This document shows, piece after piece, positions 8,353 to 18,723 of a stretch of 64,000 bases of DNA (position 1 is its first letter; every line of letters starts with the position of its first letter). The DNA is taken from positions 2,454 to 66,453 of IMG/VR virus record IMGVR_UViG_3300031688_000009; one strand, 5' to 3'. A program made the position numbers and the translations under genes. Under the pieces are notes generated by a model, which was not told the DNA's origin, ran no database searches, and saw nothing but the letters and a program-made list of their open reading frames with translations. Source of the stretch: a virus.

Positions 8353-9402
8353 ATGAGTATAACTAATAAATATCACAATTCTGGTTCTCAGTTAGGTTTA
8401 AAACTTAACCGAGGATATTTTTATGATGTCACTCCTCAAGTAAAAAATATAACAAATATGGATTTATTGTATAGTACATCACTAGTTAACAATCACCTAT
8501 CGGTGGATGTTAACCCAAACAATAAGGAATTAATTTACCTAAGTGATTCGTCACTTGAGCCGTTAACCACCAACATATTGGGGGAGTTCGGTTACGATAA
8601 TGGTAAATTCTTTAGATATAAGTTTAGACGACCCGGTAAGAGTCTATTCGATAATATACTACCTAATGGGTGGTCTATCGAAACTGTTTTAAATTTTAAT
8701 AACATACCTACGGGACCATTAAGTGTGTTCTATTATTTAGGTGCCGCCCACATCGGTTTGAGAGATGTTTATGAAGATGGGGTGTTAGTTGAAGATAATA
8801 GTGAGACCCATAAAACGGATTACCTACATAATAACTTAGTTTTTGCGTTTGACGAAAATAAGAGTATTGTGGTTCGTTCGGTTAGATATATGGAGGAATG
8901 TTATGATTGTAACGGAGAACCAACAAAGGGTGAGTATGTTTTTGAACATAAATTCAATAAACCTGTTTGTTCCAATGATGAGTCTGATTTTCTTGTGACA
9001 ATTGTTTTTGAGAGGGACGGTAATATACTACAAGGTATGTGTTCTGCATTAGATACTAAATTTATTGAGAGTACCTCTGAGAGAATGGGAACCCTTAAAA
9101 TATATGTTAATGGGTTACTTTATGGTTCGATATCGGAATACGAGGATATCATCACTAGAATAACCAAAAATACGCCACCTGTCATTGATTTCGTACAGGG
9201 ATGGGGGTTTTCGGACGATTATAGATTATCGGACGATTATAATATGGTAGGAATCTTCGAGGGGTTACAACCAAGAGGGAGATTCCATTCCGAACCATTG
9301 GAAATTATGGAAATAAGGCATAATTATGGGATTTTAAAAACTGAATACGGAATTAACGATTGTATTTCAGAGGGTTGTAGACCCAACTTCCCAAAAATCT
9401 AA
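8353..9402 (+). CDS. Hypothetical structural protein, possibly LamG/concanavalin-like
   Basis: GWSIETVLNF ... LVTIVFER ... GTLKIYVNG ... EIRHNY echo LamG-type strands. Start MSITNKY at 8353 follows the TATTTAT motif. Confidence 0.5.
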   Translation: MSITNKYHNSGSQLGLKLNRGYFYDVTPQVKNITNMDLLYSTSLVNNHLSVDVNPNNKELIYLSDSSLEPLTTNILGEFGYDNGKFFRYKFRRPGKSLFDNILPNGWSIETVLNFNNIPTGPLSVFYYLGAAHIGLRDVYEDGVLVEDNSETHKTDYLHNNLVFAFDENKSIVVRSVRYMEECYDCNGEPTKGEYVFEHKFNKPVCSNDESDFLVTIVFERDGNILQGMCSALDTKFIESTSERMGTLKIYVNGLLYGSISEYEDIITRITKNTPPVIDFVQGWGFSDDYRLSDDYNMVGIFEGLQPRGRFHSEPLEIMEIRHNYGILKTEYGINDCISEGCRPNFPKI

Positions 9403-9412
9403 AATAATTAAA

Positions 9413-10084
9413 ATGAGTAAAAACCCAAACAAATCTTCGAGGTTGTCGAATAGTGAAAGTGATTTAACCGTGAGAGTGAATTCTGGTGGTAAGTCAAAGA
9501 CAAATTCCACTACCAGACCATCCACCGAAATATTAAGTAAATCGGATAGATGGGTTAATATTATATTTACCCCAACTACAACGACAACAACGGAATCGAC
9601 AACTACGACCAACGGCAGTTATTATACTCTAATTAATAAGTATTTTTTTAGTGACGTAATGAACGAATTAGTAGTTGTGGAGCACGACTTCTCATCCAAA
9701 ATTGGTGGGGAATGGAGGTATAGTGATAGTGACATAAGATGTATTGTCAGTACCAATGTTAATGGATATGACAAGAGCTTATCACAAAGAAATTATTCGG
9801 TATCAGACGATAGTGAAGGGTCAATATCCGTTGGGGATTCATCGATAATGTCGGGAATTACAACACAATTATCTACACATACACCTTTTAATGGTGACAT
9901 TAGAGGGGTGTTTTATGACTATCATAACTTATTAGGTACTACTCAGGATAGTTTTATTATAACGATAGAGAATGGTGTCGTAATATCAATTGTATCCTTT
10001 TCAGTCATAATATTATGTGACGCAAATGATGACGCAACAATCACATTAATAACAACTCCGTCGTCGGAAGATTCGGATAGTTAA
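9413..10084 (+). CDS. Hypothetical Ser/Thr-rich protein
   Basis: 223 aa with a PTTTTTTESTTTT tract, in an operon with structural genes. Confidence 0.55.
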   Translation: MSKNPNKSSRLSNSESDLTVRVNSGGKSKTNSTTRPSTEILSKSDRWVNIIFTPTTTTTTESTTTTNGSYYTLINKYFFSDVMNELVVVEHDFSSKIGGEWRYSDSDIRCIVSTNVNGYDKSLSQRNYSVSDDSEGSISVGDSSIMSGITTQLSTHTPFNGDIRGVFYDYHNLLGTTQDSFIITIENGVVISIVSFSVIILCDANDDATITLITTPSSEDSDS

Positions 10085-10096
10085 ATTTAACCATAT

Positions 10097-10441
10097 ATGA
10101 AACATTTTATAAAAAAAAACTCACAAGAACCTGTATTAGCGGTTACGTTATATAACGACGAAAAATTCTTTAAAGAACCGTTTCAGGACAGGATTGAGAA
10201 TTCAATCATAACTTTCACAATGGAAGACGATAAGGGAACATTTAAAATTTTAAACTCCCCTTGTTTCCTAACGAAAGAAAATGGGGATTATAGTATTATC
10301 TATAAATGGTCTGAGAAGGACACATCTAAGATTGGTTCCTTTAAGGGTTATTTTACGATTGAATTTCTTAATGACGACTATGAGGTCTCAACAAAAACAA
10401 TACTACCAATTAAGGAAGAATTGATTATCAATATTATTTGA
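10097..10441 (+). CDS. BppU N-terminal-domain-like (baseplate/fibre adaptor) protein
   Basis: FIKKNxxxPxL ... YKWSEKDTSKIGSFKGYFTIEF ... LP...L.INI pattern. Confidence 0.55.
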   Translation: MKHFIKKNSQEPVLAVTLYNDEKFFKEPFQDRIENSIITFTMEDDKGTFKILNSPCFLTKENGDYSIIYKWSEKDTSKIGSFKGYFTIEFLNDDYEVSTKTILPIKEELIINII

Positions 10442-10468
10442 TAGTTTAGAAAGTATTCACTACATTTG
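10437..10468 (+). promoter_or_regulatory. Bacteroidota primary-sigma promoter TTTG-N20-TACATTTG for the DNA polymerase
   Basis: Exact match to the -33 TTTG / -7 TAnnTTTG consensus with a 20-nt spacer. Confidence 0.7.
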
Positions 10469-10539
10469 TACTTGAATGTTAAGGGTAATCTATGCGGGTT
10501 TGCAGAGAGATAATGTCCCAAACGATAAAACAATACATT

Positions 10540-13398
10540 ATGGTAAGTACAGAAGAAGTAGAATCGTTCCTCTTAGGTGAGGACCCTGAAAAATATATCG
10601 TAGCGTTAGAATATGACTACAGAACTAACAAGATATATAAGATTATTCAGGACCCTGAAAAGGGAAAATTAATCAAAACAGACACATTTACACCATTTGC
10701 ATGGGTCGGAGACCTTAGAGCAAAAAACTTTTATGGTGGGTCAAAAGCCCAACAGAAAACTGCTATGACCAAAAATGGGATAACTATAGAGGCCTTAGAT
10801 ACTAAGGGGGATGTTCGTATGGAACAAGGACTTCGTTATATGGTGAAATCAACCAAAACATACTCTAACTTAGTTAACTTCTTTCGTCAGGGAGGATTGG
10901 ACCCATGGAATAGAGACAACTCAGATGTCATCTCAATACTGACACCCGTAGAGATGTTCTTAGTTCAAAAACAAAAAAGAATTTTTAAAGGGTTCGACGA
11001 ATACGATGAACTACATAGGTTAGTATTCGATATTGAGACTACCGGTCTTTCACCTGAGAATAGTAAAATTTTCCTTATTGGATTAAAAGATAATAAAGGA
11101 TATGAAGAATCATTAGCCGCCGAAAATGAGGATGAAGAGAGAGAGATTATCATACAATTCTTTAATCGTATTGATAAAATCAAACCAACTTTAATCGGGG
11201 GATATAACTCAAGTTTTTTCGATTTTCCTTTCATACTTAGACGAGCGGAGATTTTAGGGTTAGACATTAAGAAGATTAGTAAGACACTTCACCCTGAGAA
11301 ACCGTTAAGACAAAAAGAAGGATTTCTTAAGTTGGCAAATGAAATGGAGGATTATACCCAAACTATGATGTGGGGGTATAACATCATTGACATTGCCCAT
11401 GCGGTTAGAAGAACACAAGCAATTAATTCAGACATTAAAAGTTGGAGTTTGAAATATATTACTCAGTTTATTAAGGCTGAGAAACAAAATCGTGTGTACG
11501 TTCCGGGGGATAAGATTGGTAAAACATATTTCGATAATGGTCAGTATTACTATAACCCGACCACTGGAGGGTATAAAGAAATAGGTGACCCTGGGACTGA
11601 AAATTTACTACAGAGATTCCCAAATCAATATGAAATCAAAACGGGTAAGAACATTATAGAAATGTACTTAGACGACGATTTATATGAGACTATGGTAGTC
11701 GATGAGGAATTTAACCAAGCTAACTTTTTACTTTCTAAATTGGTCCCTACCACATACGAGAGACTTTCTACGATGGGGACGGCAACATTATGGAAGATGA
11801 TAATGCAGTCGTGGTCATACAAACACGGATTAGCGATTCCATCTAAAGGTGAGAAAAGACCATTTACCGGTGGATTATCACGTTTATTACAGGTAGGGTA
11901 TTCAACAGACGTATTAAAGTTAGATTATTCATCACTATATCCATCAATCCAATTAGTTCACGACATTTTTCCAAAGTGTGATGTGACTGGGGTGATGAAG
12001 GTAATGTTAAAATATTTCCGTGATACACGTATAAAGTATAAACATTTAGCCTCAGAACACTACGAGTCTGACCCTAAGTTATCGTCACAATATAATCGTA
12101 AACAACTACCGATTAAGATTTTCATTAATGCTTTCTTCGGTTCTCTATCGGCTCCTCACGTATTCCCATGGGGAGATATGGATATGGGTGAACAGATAAC
12201 CTGTACGGGTCGACAATATTTACGTCAGATGCTTATGTGGTTTATGGAAAGAGGTTACGAACCATTAGTGATGGATACGGATGGGGTAAACTTTGCGGTA
12301 CCTGAAGGTCGTGATTCTCACACCTATATCGGTAAGGGATTAAACGGGTTAGTGAAAACCGATAAGGAATATTTTGGTTCAGAAGCGGACGTTGCGGAGT
12401 ATAATGATATCTTCATGAGGGATGAGATGGGGTTAGACACTGATGGTCAATGGCCAGCAACGATTAATTTGGCTCGTAAGAATTATGCGTTATTAACTGA
12501 CACGGGTAAGGTGAAACTTACAGGTAACTCAATTAAGTCTAAAAAATTACCAACATATATTGCTGAATTTTTGGATAAAGGTCTTCGTATGTTATTAGAT
12601 GGTGACGGACATGGTTTCTTAGAACATTATTATACTTACATCGAACTAATTCACGGACGTAAAATTCCATTATCTAAGATAGCGAATAAATCTCGTGTTA
12701 AGCAATCATTAGATGAATATAAAAAACACATACTCAAGAGAACGAAATCGGGCTCATTAATGTCTCGACAGGCACATATGGAATTATTACTACAACACGA
12801 CATTAAGTCGGGTTTAGGTGATACAATATATTATGTAAATAATGGTCAGAGAAAATCACACGGAGATGTTCAGAAGAAAGGTGACGTAGTTAAATTAAAT
12901 TGTTACTTCATACCCGAGACTGACATTACAAAATACCCAGATAAGATAGGGGAGTACAATGTACCGAGATACGTCGCGGCGTTTAATAAAAAAATTGAAC
13001 CATTATTAGTTGTATTTCCTGAGGATATTAGAGCTGAAGTTCTTGTTGAGGACCCTAATGACCGTCCTTACTTTACTAGAACACAAACTGGGTTAGTTAG
13101 AGGGTTCCCTCGTAGAGATGGGGACCAAGACACATTAGAAGACGTTCTAACGTTATCAGACCCGGAACTTAGATTTTGGAAAAGTGTTGGTATCGACCCT
13201 TATTATATGTATTTGGAGAATACTTTAGAATTGGTTGATGTTAAGTCGACTGAGAATAACCGTAAGTTATTGGTGGACTTCACCGAAGACGCACCTAAAA
13301 TACTTAATAGTGGTCAGGAGTTTCTGAAACAAAGAGTCTTACAGGAACAAAAACCTAAAGTAGTCAAACCAAAGGCTCAACAATCATTAAAATTTTAA
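10540..13398 (+). CDS. polB: Family B DNA polymerase with 3'-5' exonuclease
   Basis: FDIETTG (ExoI), GYNSSFFDFPFI (ExoII), LDYSSLYPS (motif A), KIFINAFFG (B), MDTDG (C), KNYA. Likely start MVSTEEV at 10540 after an A-rich leader; the track start is 10492. Confidence 0.95.
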   Translation: MVSTEEVESFLLGEDPEKYIVALEYDYRTNKIYKIIQDPEKGKLIKTDTFTPFAWVGDLRAKNFYGGSKAQQKTAMTKNGITIEALDTKGDVRMEQGLRYMVKSTKTYSNLVNFFRQGGLDPWNRDNSDVISILTPVEMFLVQKQKRIFKGFDEYDELHRLVFDIETTGLSPENSKIFLIGLKDNKGYEESLAAENEDEEREIIIQFFNRIDKIKPTLIGGYNSSFFDFPFILRRAEILGLDIKKISKTLHPEKPLRQKEGFLKLANEMEDYTQTMMWGYNIIDIAHAVRRTQAINSDIKSWSLKYITQFIKAEKQNRVYVPGDKIGKTYFDNGQYYYNPTTGGYKEIGDPGTENLLQRFPNQYEIKTGKNIIEMYLDDDLYETMVVDEEFNQANFLLSKLVPTTYERLSTMGTATLWKMIMQSWSYKHGLAIPSKGEKRPFTGGLSRLLQVGYSTDVLKLDYSSLYPSIQLVHDIFPKCDVTGVMKVMLKYFRDTRIKYKHLASEHYESDPKLSSQYNRKQLPIKIFINAFFGSLSAPHVFPWGDMDMGEQITCTGRQYLRQMLMWFMERGYEPLVMDTDGVNFAVPEGRDSHTYIGKGLNGLVKTDKEYFGSEADVAEYNDIFMRDEMGLDTDGQWPATINLARKNYALLTDTGKVKLTGNSIKSKKLPTYIAEFLDKGLRMLLDGDGHGFLEHYYTYIELIHGRKIPLSKIANKSRVKQSLDEYKKHILKRTKSGSLMSRQAHMELLLQHDIKSGLGDTIYYVNNGQRKSHGDVQKKGDVVKLNCYFIPETDITKYPDKIGEYNVPRYVAAFNKKIEPLLVVFPEDIRAEVLVEDPNDRPYFTRTQTGLVRGFPRRDGDQDTLEDVLTLSDPELRFWKSVGIDPYYMYLENTLELVDVKSTENNRKLLVDFTEDAPKILNSGQEFLKQRVLQEQKPKVVKPKAQQSLKF

Positions 13399-13402
13399 CA
13401 AT

Positions 13403-13430
13403 AAAAAAGGGAGACACTGTCTCCCTTTTT
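13403..13430. terminator. Bidirectional intrinsic terminator
   Basis: AAAAAGGGAGAC-ACT-GTCTCCCTTTTT between the convergent polymerase and neck genes. Confidence 0.9.
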
Positions 13431-13449
13431 ATATAAAATAATATTAATG

Positions 13450-14553
13450 TTATATTGCCGTAAATGGTCCTGTGAAAGGTCTATATTGTAATGTCTTATT
13501 TAAGTTTTCAGCTTCACTAGCTCTTCTTTCTAACATTTTGTCAGGTCTTAATCTCTCTAACCGTAATTGTAGTTCTTCGACTAATTTAGACTTTTCATCT
13601 TTACCCTCAGTTAAAAGAGAATCATATTCTAATGAAAGTTCCGAGTCTGGAGTCTTTAAGTTACCACCAAATTTACCTCTAACTCTACCTAACGATTCCT
13701 TACAGGTCGCTATGAAATATTTTCTAACCCAATTCTGTGCTGGCTTATTGATTGATTCCCATGTTAATTCTTCGGTCTCGACATCAGACGGTAGTTTAAC
13801 TACGTCAGGATTATCTGCCATACATTTCACTCTATCCTCGGTATTATAATACCAATACCATACTTTATCTCTATTCAATGATTGAGACCCAAAATCGAAC
13901 TTACCTCCAGGAACATTCATTAAATGAATATATTTTCCACCATCAGGTGCTGCGGTTACTCGATAAGTTAGGTCACCACCGATTATCCTATTTTTTAAAT
14001 TTCTATCTTGGAGTCTTAGTAATATGTCGAATGCTGGCATCATATGCATACCACCCTGAATTCCCATTTGAGTGAATCCACCTCCACCTCCCATACCACC
14101 ACCGGCCATACCACTACCCATGAATGGGTCGATTAATGACTCGTTAAGTTCTGCTCGGTTAAACCATAATAATTCGTTAAGTTCCCTACCTTTTGGTATG
14201 TGATACATCTGTTGCCCTGACACCAATTCAATATAATCTTTCTCTAAGACCCAATCACCACCTGTTTGTAGTCCCACGATTTTAGAGTACGCGTATGTGA
14301 ATTGAGTTTCGTAATCCACACTTCTAGTTGTGAATGCTCTGGCTAGTGATTCTTCGTCAACGTTAAGTCCGTTTAGGGAGGTCCATTGAGATTCGATTAA
14401 CCAATCCTGTATGTATTGTTCGTACTCACTCAACGATAATTCAAGTAATGAGCCCATTTGGTCCTCATCTAATTCAACTGACCGAATAGGAGCGCCTAAG
14501 AGGTGTAATACCTGCTTATAAAGTTTTGCCTTATTTTTAGTGTTAATACTCAT
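13450..14553 (-). CDS. Neck/head-completion protein, T4 gp13-like
   Basis: LLGAPIRSVELDEDQ at the N-terminus and WVRKY..A.CKE.LGRVRGKF...P at the C-terminus; TATTTATA 13 nt upstream. Confidence 0.75.
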   Translation of the reverse strand: MSINTKNKAKLYKQVLHLLGAPIRSVELDEDQMGSLLELSLSEYEQYIQDWLIESQWTSLNGLNVDEESLARAFTTRSVDYETQFTYAYSKIVGLQTGGDWVLEKDYIELVSGQQMYHIPKGRELNELLWFNRAELNESLIDPFMGSGMAGGGMGGGGGFTQMGIQGGMHMMPAFDILLRLQDRNLKNRIIGGDLTYRVTAAPDGGKYIHLMNVPGGKFDFGSQSLNRDKVWYWYYNTEDRVKCMADNPDVVKLPSDVETEELTWESINKPAQNWVRKYFIATCKESLGRVRGKFGGNLKTPDSELSLEYDSLLTEGKDEKSKLVEELQLRLERLRPDKMLERRASEAENLNKTLQYRPFTGPFTAI

Positions 14554-14582
14554 TGTGTATTTTATATATAAATATCTTTGTT

Positions 14583-15410
14583 TTAAATAAACTTTAAAAT
14601 GTTACGGATTATATCTAAGTCTTCATTTAAAAGGTCATTTCCTCTTTGCCATTTTATTCCCGTATTAAGAATTAAATATGAACCATTTTTTTGTAATTTA
14701 CATTTTTTTGAATCGGCTAAAATAATTTTTGACCCATTCACAAACGCAATGAAATTCGTACTATATCCTTTTATATTACCCTTTCCGATTCCATCAATGA
14801 AATGTCCGATTCTACCTTCAGATATCCCCGAAAATGGTTTTACTTGTATTGTGTAAGTTGGTATTGTAATTACGTTTTGATAAGCGACTACATCTACCCC
14901 GTCACTCATATCTATCCCTACTCCGTCACCACCCACTTTCTCAATGGTTAGACCATTAAATATTGGGCAACCATCTAATAATTCCACCGATTTGGTTTCA
15001 GTTTCTTCACCTTTACTTACGGTATTAGTTATAATTGGTACTACAAACCTTAAATAAAGTTCCCCGTCCTCAGAAAATAAAGAATCAATGTCCTTAATCA
15101 CCAACGACTTTAAATCCTCTATAAGTTTAAGGGAAGGATTATTTGGGTCTAAATCGTAGTACTCTATCAATCGAGCCCATAACTTAATATTGGTGTTAAT
15201 CCTGTTAATTATTCCATGCCACTTCCCATCGATAGTGGTTGCCCCCTCATACCTCTTGTCGTTAAATATGGTTCTACTTAACGGTCGGTACGTATCCATT
15301 ACGATACCCCATATGAATTTTTTCCACTCACCATTAAGTACTATCTCAGATGCCCTATTCCAATATGACGATTCTGACGACTCGTTAATTAATATTTTTA
15401 ATCTTCCCAT
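14583..15410 (-). CDS. Hypothetical protein with a possible PD-(D/E)xK nuclease fold
   Basis: KGEETE ... IDMSDGVDVV ... TIQVKP; TATTTATA 13 nt upstream. Confidence 0.5.
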   Translation of the reverse strand: MGRLKILINESSESSYWNRASEIVLNGEWKKFIWGIVMDTYRPLSRTIFNDKRYEGATTIDGKWHGIINRINTNIKLWARLIEYYDLDPNNPSLKLIEDLKSLVIKDIDSLFSEDGELYLRFVVPIITNTVSKGEETETKSVELLDGCPIFNGLTIEKVGGDGVGIDMSDGVDVVAYQNVITIPTYTIQVKPFSGISEGRIGHFIDGIGKGNIKGYSTNFIAFVNGSKIILADSKKCKLQKNGSYLILNTGIKWQRGNDLLNEDLDIIRNILKFI

Positions 15411-15475
15411 GTGATTTCTTTTATATAAATACTTTTATAAGTGTAAACAATTTTTAAAAAAAAGGTAGGTTTAAG

Positions 15476-15506
15476 TTTGTAGTGATGGGAATTTTTATTA
15501 TCTTTG
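15476..15506 (+). promoter_or_regulatory. Bacteroidota primary-sigma promoter TTTG-N19-TATCTTTG
   Basis: Exact consensus and spacing, 23 nt upstream of ATG 15530. Confidence 0.8.
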
Positions 15507-15529
15507 TAGTGAACCTAAAATAGAAAATC

Positions 15530-16288
15530 ATGACAACATCCTCTTTCATCTCAGAATACAACGGTAGTAACCCATTCTTAAATTCAGTTAAAAACGGTTA
15601 CGCAAAGTACGGACGTTTAACTTCGGCACAAGTAATCGCCGTTGATAAAATCAGAAATGGTATGAAGGAAAAGGTTAAGTCTATGGCGCCAATCGAGGTT
15701 CGTGAGAACATCAAACAAATAATGGATTATAAAGGAACTAATAAGTTCATATCTGACCTTCAGTCTAAATATGATAAATATGGTCGTCTAACTGAAAAAC
15801 AAATCGACGCTGGGTTAATGGCGATTAATAGAAAGGTTCAGAATAAAATGGTAGAGCCGATGACATTAACAGGTAAAAACACTATACGTATTCGTCAGTA
15901 TATTGCTCGTCAAATCAAAGAGGAGAAAGATTTAAAATTCCTACCGATTCAAGTTGATGTTACTCACCTAATCGGAGCGTCTCGTAAAGCGATACACCTT
16001 AGAGGTAAATTATCTACAGTAGTTGGGGTTGAATGTCGTTGTTGTGGAAGAGCGTTGTCAGATAAACTGTCAATGGCTTCAGGGATGGGTAAAACTTGTG
16101 CAACTAACACCGGATTGAAATATCTAAAGGACGAGTCTGACGTGGTGAGATTTAATGTGGACTTAGCTAAGAGAGTCGAAGAAATTGGTTCTTTCGACTT
16201 TTGGATTCCTAAATCTCAAGTCCAAGAATGGGAAGGTCTTTATTCTATTGTTCTTAAATCTCAATTTAAGACTTATGTTACTCAGTAA
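15530..16288 (+). CDS. Early protein with a DUF6011-like Zn ribbon, paralogous to the SNF2 N-terminal domain
   Basis: CRCCGRALSD..SMASGMGKTC Zn ribbon; duplicated YxGxNxF...KYGRLTxxQ; aligns with the N-terminus of ORF 16905-18659. Confidence 0.7.
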   Translation: MTTSSFISEYNGSNPFLNSVKNGYAKYGRLTSAQVIAVDKIRNGMKEKVKSMAPIEVRENIKQIMDYKGTNKFISDLQSKYDKYGRLTEKQIDAGLMAINRKVQNKMVEPMTLTGKNTIRIRQYIARQIKEEKDLKFLPIQVDVTHLIGASRKAIHLRGKLSTVVGVECRCCGRALSDKLSMASGMGKTCATNTGLKYLKDESDVVRFNVDLAKRVEEIGSFDFWIPKSQVQEWEGLYSIVLKSQFKTYVTQ

Positions 16289-16889
16289 TTGTAATGATGA
16301 TTTGGTTCCCTTCTTTAATAATCTTATGATTAGAAGGGATTAGGTCCGAGTAGTATTTTAAGTAAAAATCCACAGTCTCATTACTTTCCTTAATTAGGGT
16401 CGTCTCCTCCAATGGACTAATTATTGGATTAATCTGATAATCAATATCGTCAGATTCGTAATTCCTAAAATCCCTATCGGTCATATCTAACTCATTGTAC
16501 GTTCCCTCATCAGTAATACCTTTTGCGACATCATACTCAGTGTATCCATATATTTGACCCTCATACGTGTCGACACCGTAACCACTCCATGATACGGTAA
16601 CCTCAACATCAAACGCCTTTTCGACAGGGTTTCGGTTAAAGGATTCGTCATCATAATTGGTAGTCTTCGAGGTTTGAAAAGCCCCCATAATTTTATCCAT
16701 TAATTCACCGTCTTTCCAACTTAACCCAGAACTATGTAATAACTTCGTTATCATTCCCAATTGTCTATCGTCAGAATAGTCGAATTCTGTAACGCCACGA
16801 CTCATTAGATAAACAGAAACCATTTTAGTTAATTTCTGAAACCTAAGGTTATCCACCTCTTCTTTAATCGTTTGTCTAAGTTTTCCCAT
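16278..16889 (-). CDS. Hypothetical protein
   Basis: 203 aa starting MGKLRQTIKEEV; TATTTAC variant immediately upstream. Confidence 0.65.
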   Translation of the reverse strand: MGKLRQTIKEEVDNLRFQKLTKMVSVYLMSRGVTEFDYSDDRQLGMITKLLHSSGLSWKDGELMDKIMGAFQTSKTTNYDDESFNRNPVEKAFDVEVTVSWSGYGVDTYEGQIYGYTEYDVAKGITDEGTYNELDMTDRDFRNYESDDIDYQINPIISPLEETTLIKESNETVDFYLKYYSDLIPSNHKIIKEGNQIIITITE

Positions 16890-16904
16890 ATTAGTAAATA
16901 CTCA

Positions 16905-18659
16905 TTACTTATCGTTTTTCATAACTTTTAATAGGTCACTCATTAATGAAGAAGACATATCATCAGTTTCATTATCCCCCATTACCGTTTCAATCACATT
17001 TTTCTTTCTCTGCAGTATGTCATATATAATCATTTCAATGGTATTTTCAAATACCGGATAGAAAACGGATACATTGGATTTTTGTCCGTAACGATATGCC
17101 CTATCTTCTGCTTGTGCGTGGTCTGAAGGTACGAATGATAGGTCATTAAAAATTACTACCTCAGCAGCGGTTAACGTAATCCCAACACCAGCAGCTTTAA
17201 TATTACCAACAAAAACCGTAGTCTTATCGTCGTTCTGAAACTTATCTACGGACTCTTGTCTCTTTTGTTTAGACATTCTACCATCTAAAGTTACGGAACG
17301 TTTATTATATTTCCACGCTATTTCCTCTAGCGTCGCAGTAAAATTGGTAAAAACAATCACTTTCTTTCCTTGGTCAAGAGCTAAGTCAATAAGTTCATAG
17401 GTGGAGTTTAATTTAGACTCGGCAACAATTTGTCGTGCCATCATTAACTTAGAAAGTCTAAGAGCTAACGACTTCTTTGAATCTGGGTTTGTCTCCCATT
17501 CTATATATGCCCCGATTTCTCGTTGATATTCTTTAGACTGTAGGCTTAAGTAGATTGGTGTTATAATTTTTTCAGGTAAGTCTAAGATGTCATCTTTTAA
17601 CCTACGAAGTACGTGTGGCTTAATTCTATCCCTTAATTCTTCTAAATTAGATGCTCCATTTACGTTCCACACCCTACGATGTCCCGCCATAAACTGATAC
17701 CCATCACAATAACGTTTTACGTATCCGGCCCAATTAATAGTTAATGGTGAACCCACTATATGTAATAGGTTAAAGTAGTTAATCGGTCTAGATGTCATTG
17801 GGGTTCCGGTTAATAACCATACTTTACCCACCTGACCAACTAAGTGATTAACCAATTGTGTTCGTTTTGCTTGTTTGTTAGATATATAATGAGCTTCGTC
17901 TATTAGTATTAAATCAAACCCCTCATCAAGGAATTTAGACTTTATTTCGTCGTCGCTCTTTTTAGGTATTGCATGGAAGTTTTTAATGATGTCGTAGTTT
18001 ATAACTACAAACTTACCATCGTCCCATTTCTTACCTTCCACTATCCCAACAGTTTCTTCCGTATACATCTGAATTTCTCGTTTCCAATTGATTTTTAAAG
18101 ATGCGGGACAAATAACTAATATTTTTTGAGCCCCACTCTCAATTGCTGCTATTACCGCTGAGGTTGTCTTACCTAACCCCATGTCGTCAGCTAATATATA
18201 TTTATCATTACCCAAAAGTTTAACTATTGCCTCTTTTTGGTGTTCCATTGGTGGTCTATGGTCGTAAGGGCTCCAATCAACCTCAACAACCCGCTCATTA
18301 CTGGAAATGATATGGGACTTTGGAACCCATATAAATTCCATAGGGGACTTTTCTATTATTTTACCATAAATATGATACGCTTTATCGGTTTGTGCTAATA
18401 ATTTTTCGATATATATTTGAGGTGGAGAGTTTGGTAATAACCTTTCCTCTCTTAATTTTTCCCCAAAATACGGGTCTATGTCAACCCATTTACGAGCAAC
18501 CTTAGGGGTTTCCGTATGGTTCTTTATTATGTATTCTGCTTGTGAGCGCGAAGTTTTATATCCTTTAGTAAAGAAAAGTTTCTCTTTACAGGATAAGATG
18601 TAGTTATTACCACCTTCGTAAGTTTTTAGGATTTCAATTGCCTTTTGTTCTGGAATCAT
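16905..18659 (-). CDS. SNF2-family helicase (SMARCAL1/HARP-like)
   Basis: ILADDMGLGKT, DEAH, LTGTP, LRRLK, AAGVGITLT, QAEDRAYRYGQ. Confidence 0.93.
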   Translation of the reverse strand: MIPEQKAIEILKTYEGGNNYILSCKEKLFFTKGYKTSRSQAEYIIKNHTETPKVARKWVDIDPYFGEKLREERLLPNSPPQIYIEKLLAQTDKAYHIYGKIIEKSPMEFIWVPKSHIISSNERVVEVDWSPYDHRPPMEHQKEAIVKLLGNDKYILADDMGLGKTTSAVIAAIESGAQKILVICPASLKINWKREIQMYTEETVGIVEGKKWDDGKFVVINYDIIKNFHAIPKKSDDEIKSKFLDEGFDLILIDEAHYISNKQAKRTQLVNHLVGQVGKVWLLTGTPMTSRPINYFNLLHIVGSPLTINWAGYVKRYCDGYQFMAGHRRVWNVNGASNLEELRDRIKPHVLRRLKDDILDLPEKIITPIYLSLQSKEYQREIGAYIEWETNPDSKKSLALRLSKLMMARQIVAESKLNSTYELIDLALDQGKKVIVFTNFTATLEEIAWKYNKRSVTLDGRMSKQKRQESVDKFQNDDKTTVFVGNIKAAGVGITLTAAEVVIFNDLSFVPSDHAQAEDRAYRYGQKSNVSVFYPVFENTIEMIIYDILQRKKNVIETVMGDNETDDMSSSLMSDLLKVMKNDK

Positions 18660-18677
18660 AAACGCATATTATGTTAT

Positions 18678-18709
18678 AAAAGATAAAGCTTAGAATAAAC
18701 ATAATCAAT
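18678..18709 (-). promoter_or_regulatory. Candidate host-type promoter ATTG-N20-TATCTTTT for the SNF2 gene
   Basis: Near-consensus elements with the same 20-nt spacer as the other early promoters. Confidence 0.45.
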
Positions 18710-18723
18710 AGATATTTATTATT

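Noticed and set aside
14573-14580. TATCTTTG on the plus strand as an antisense host promoter
   Set aside because: No properly spaced -33 element, and it overlaps the minus-strand late motif; probably chance.
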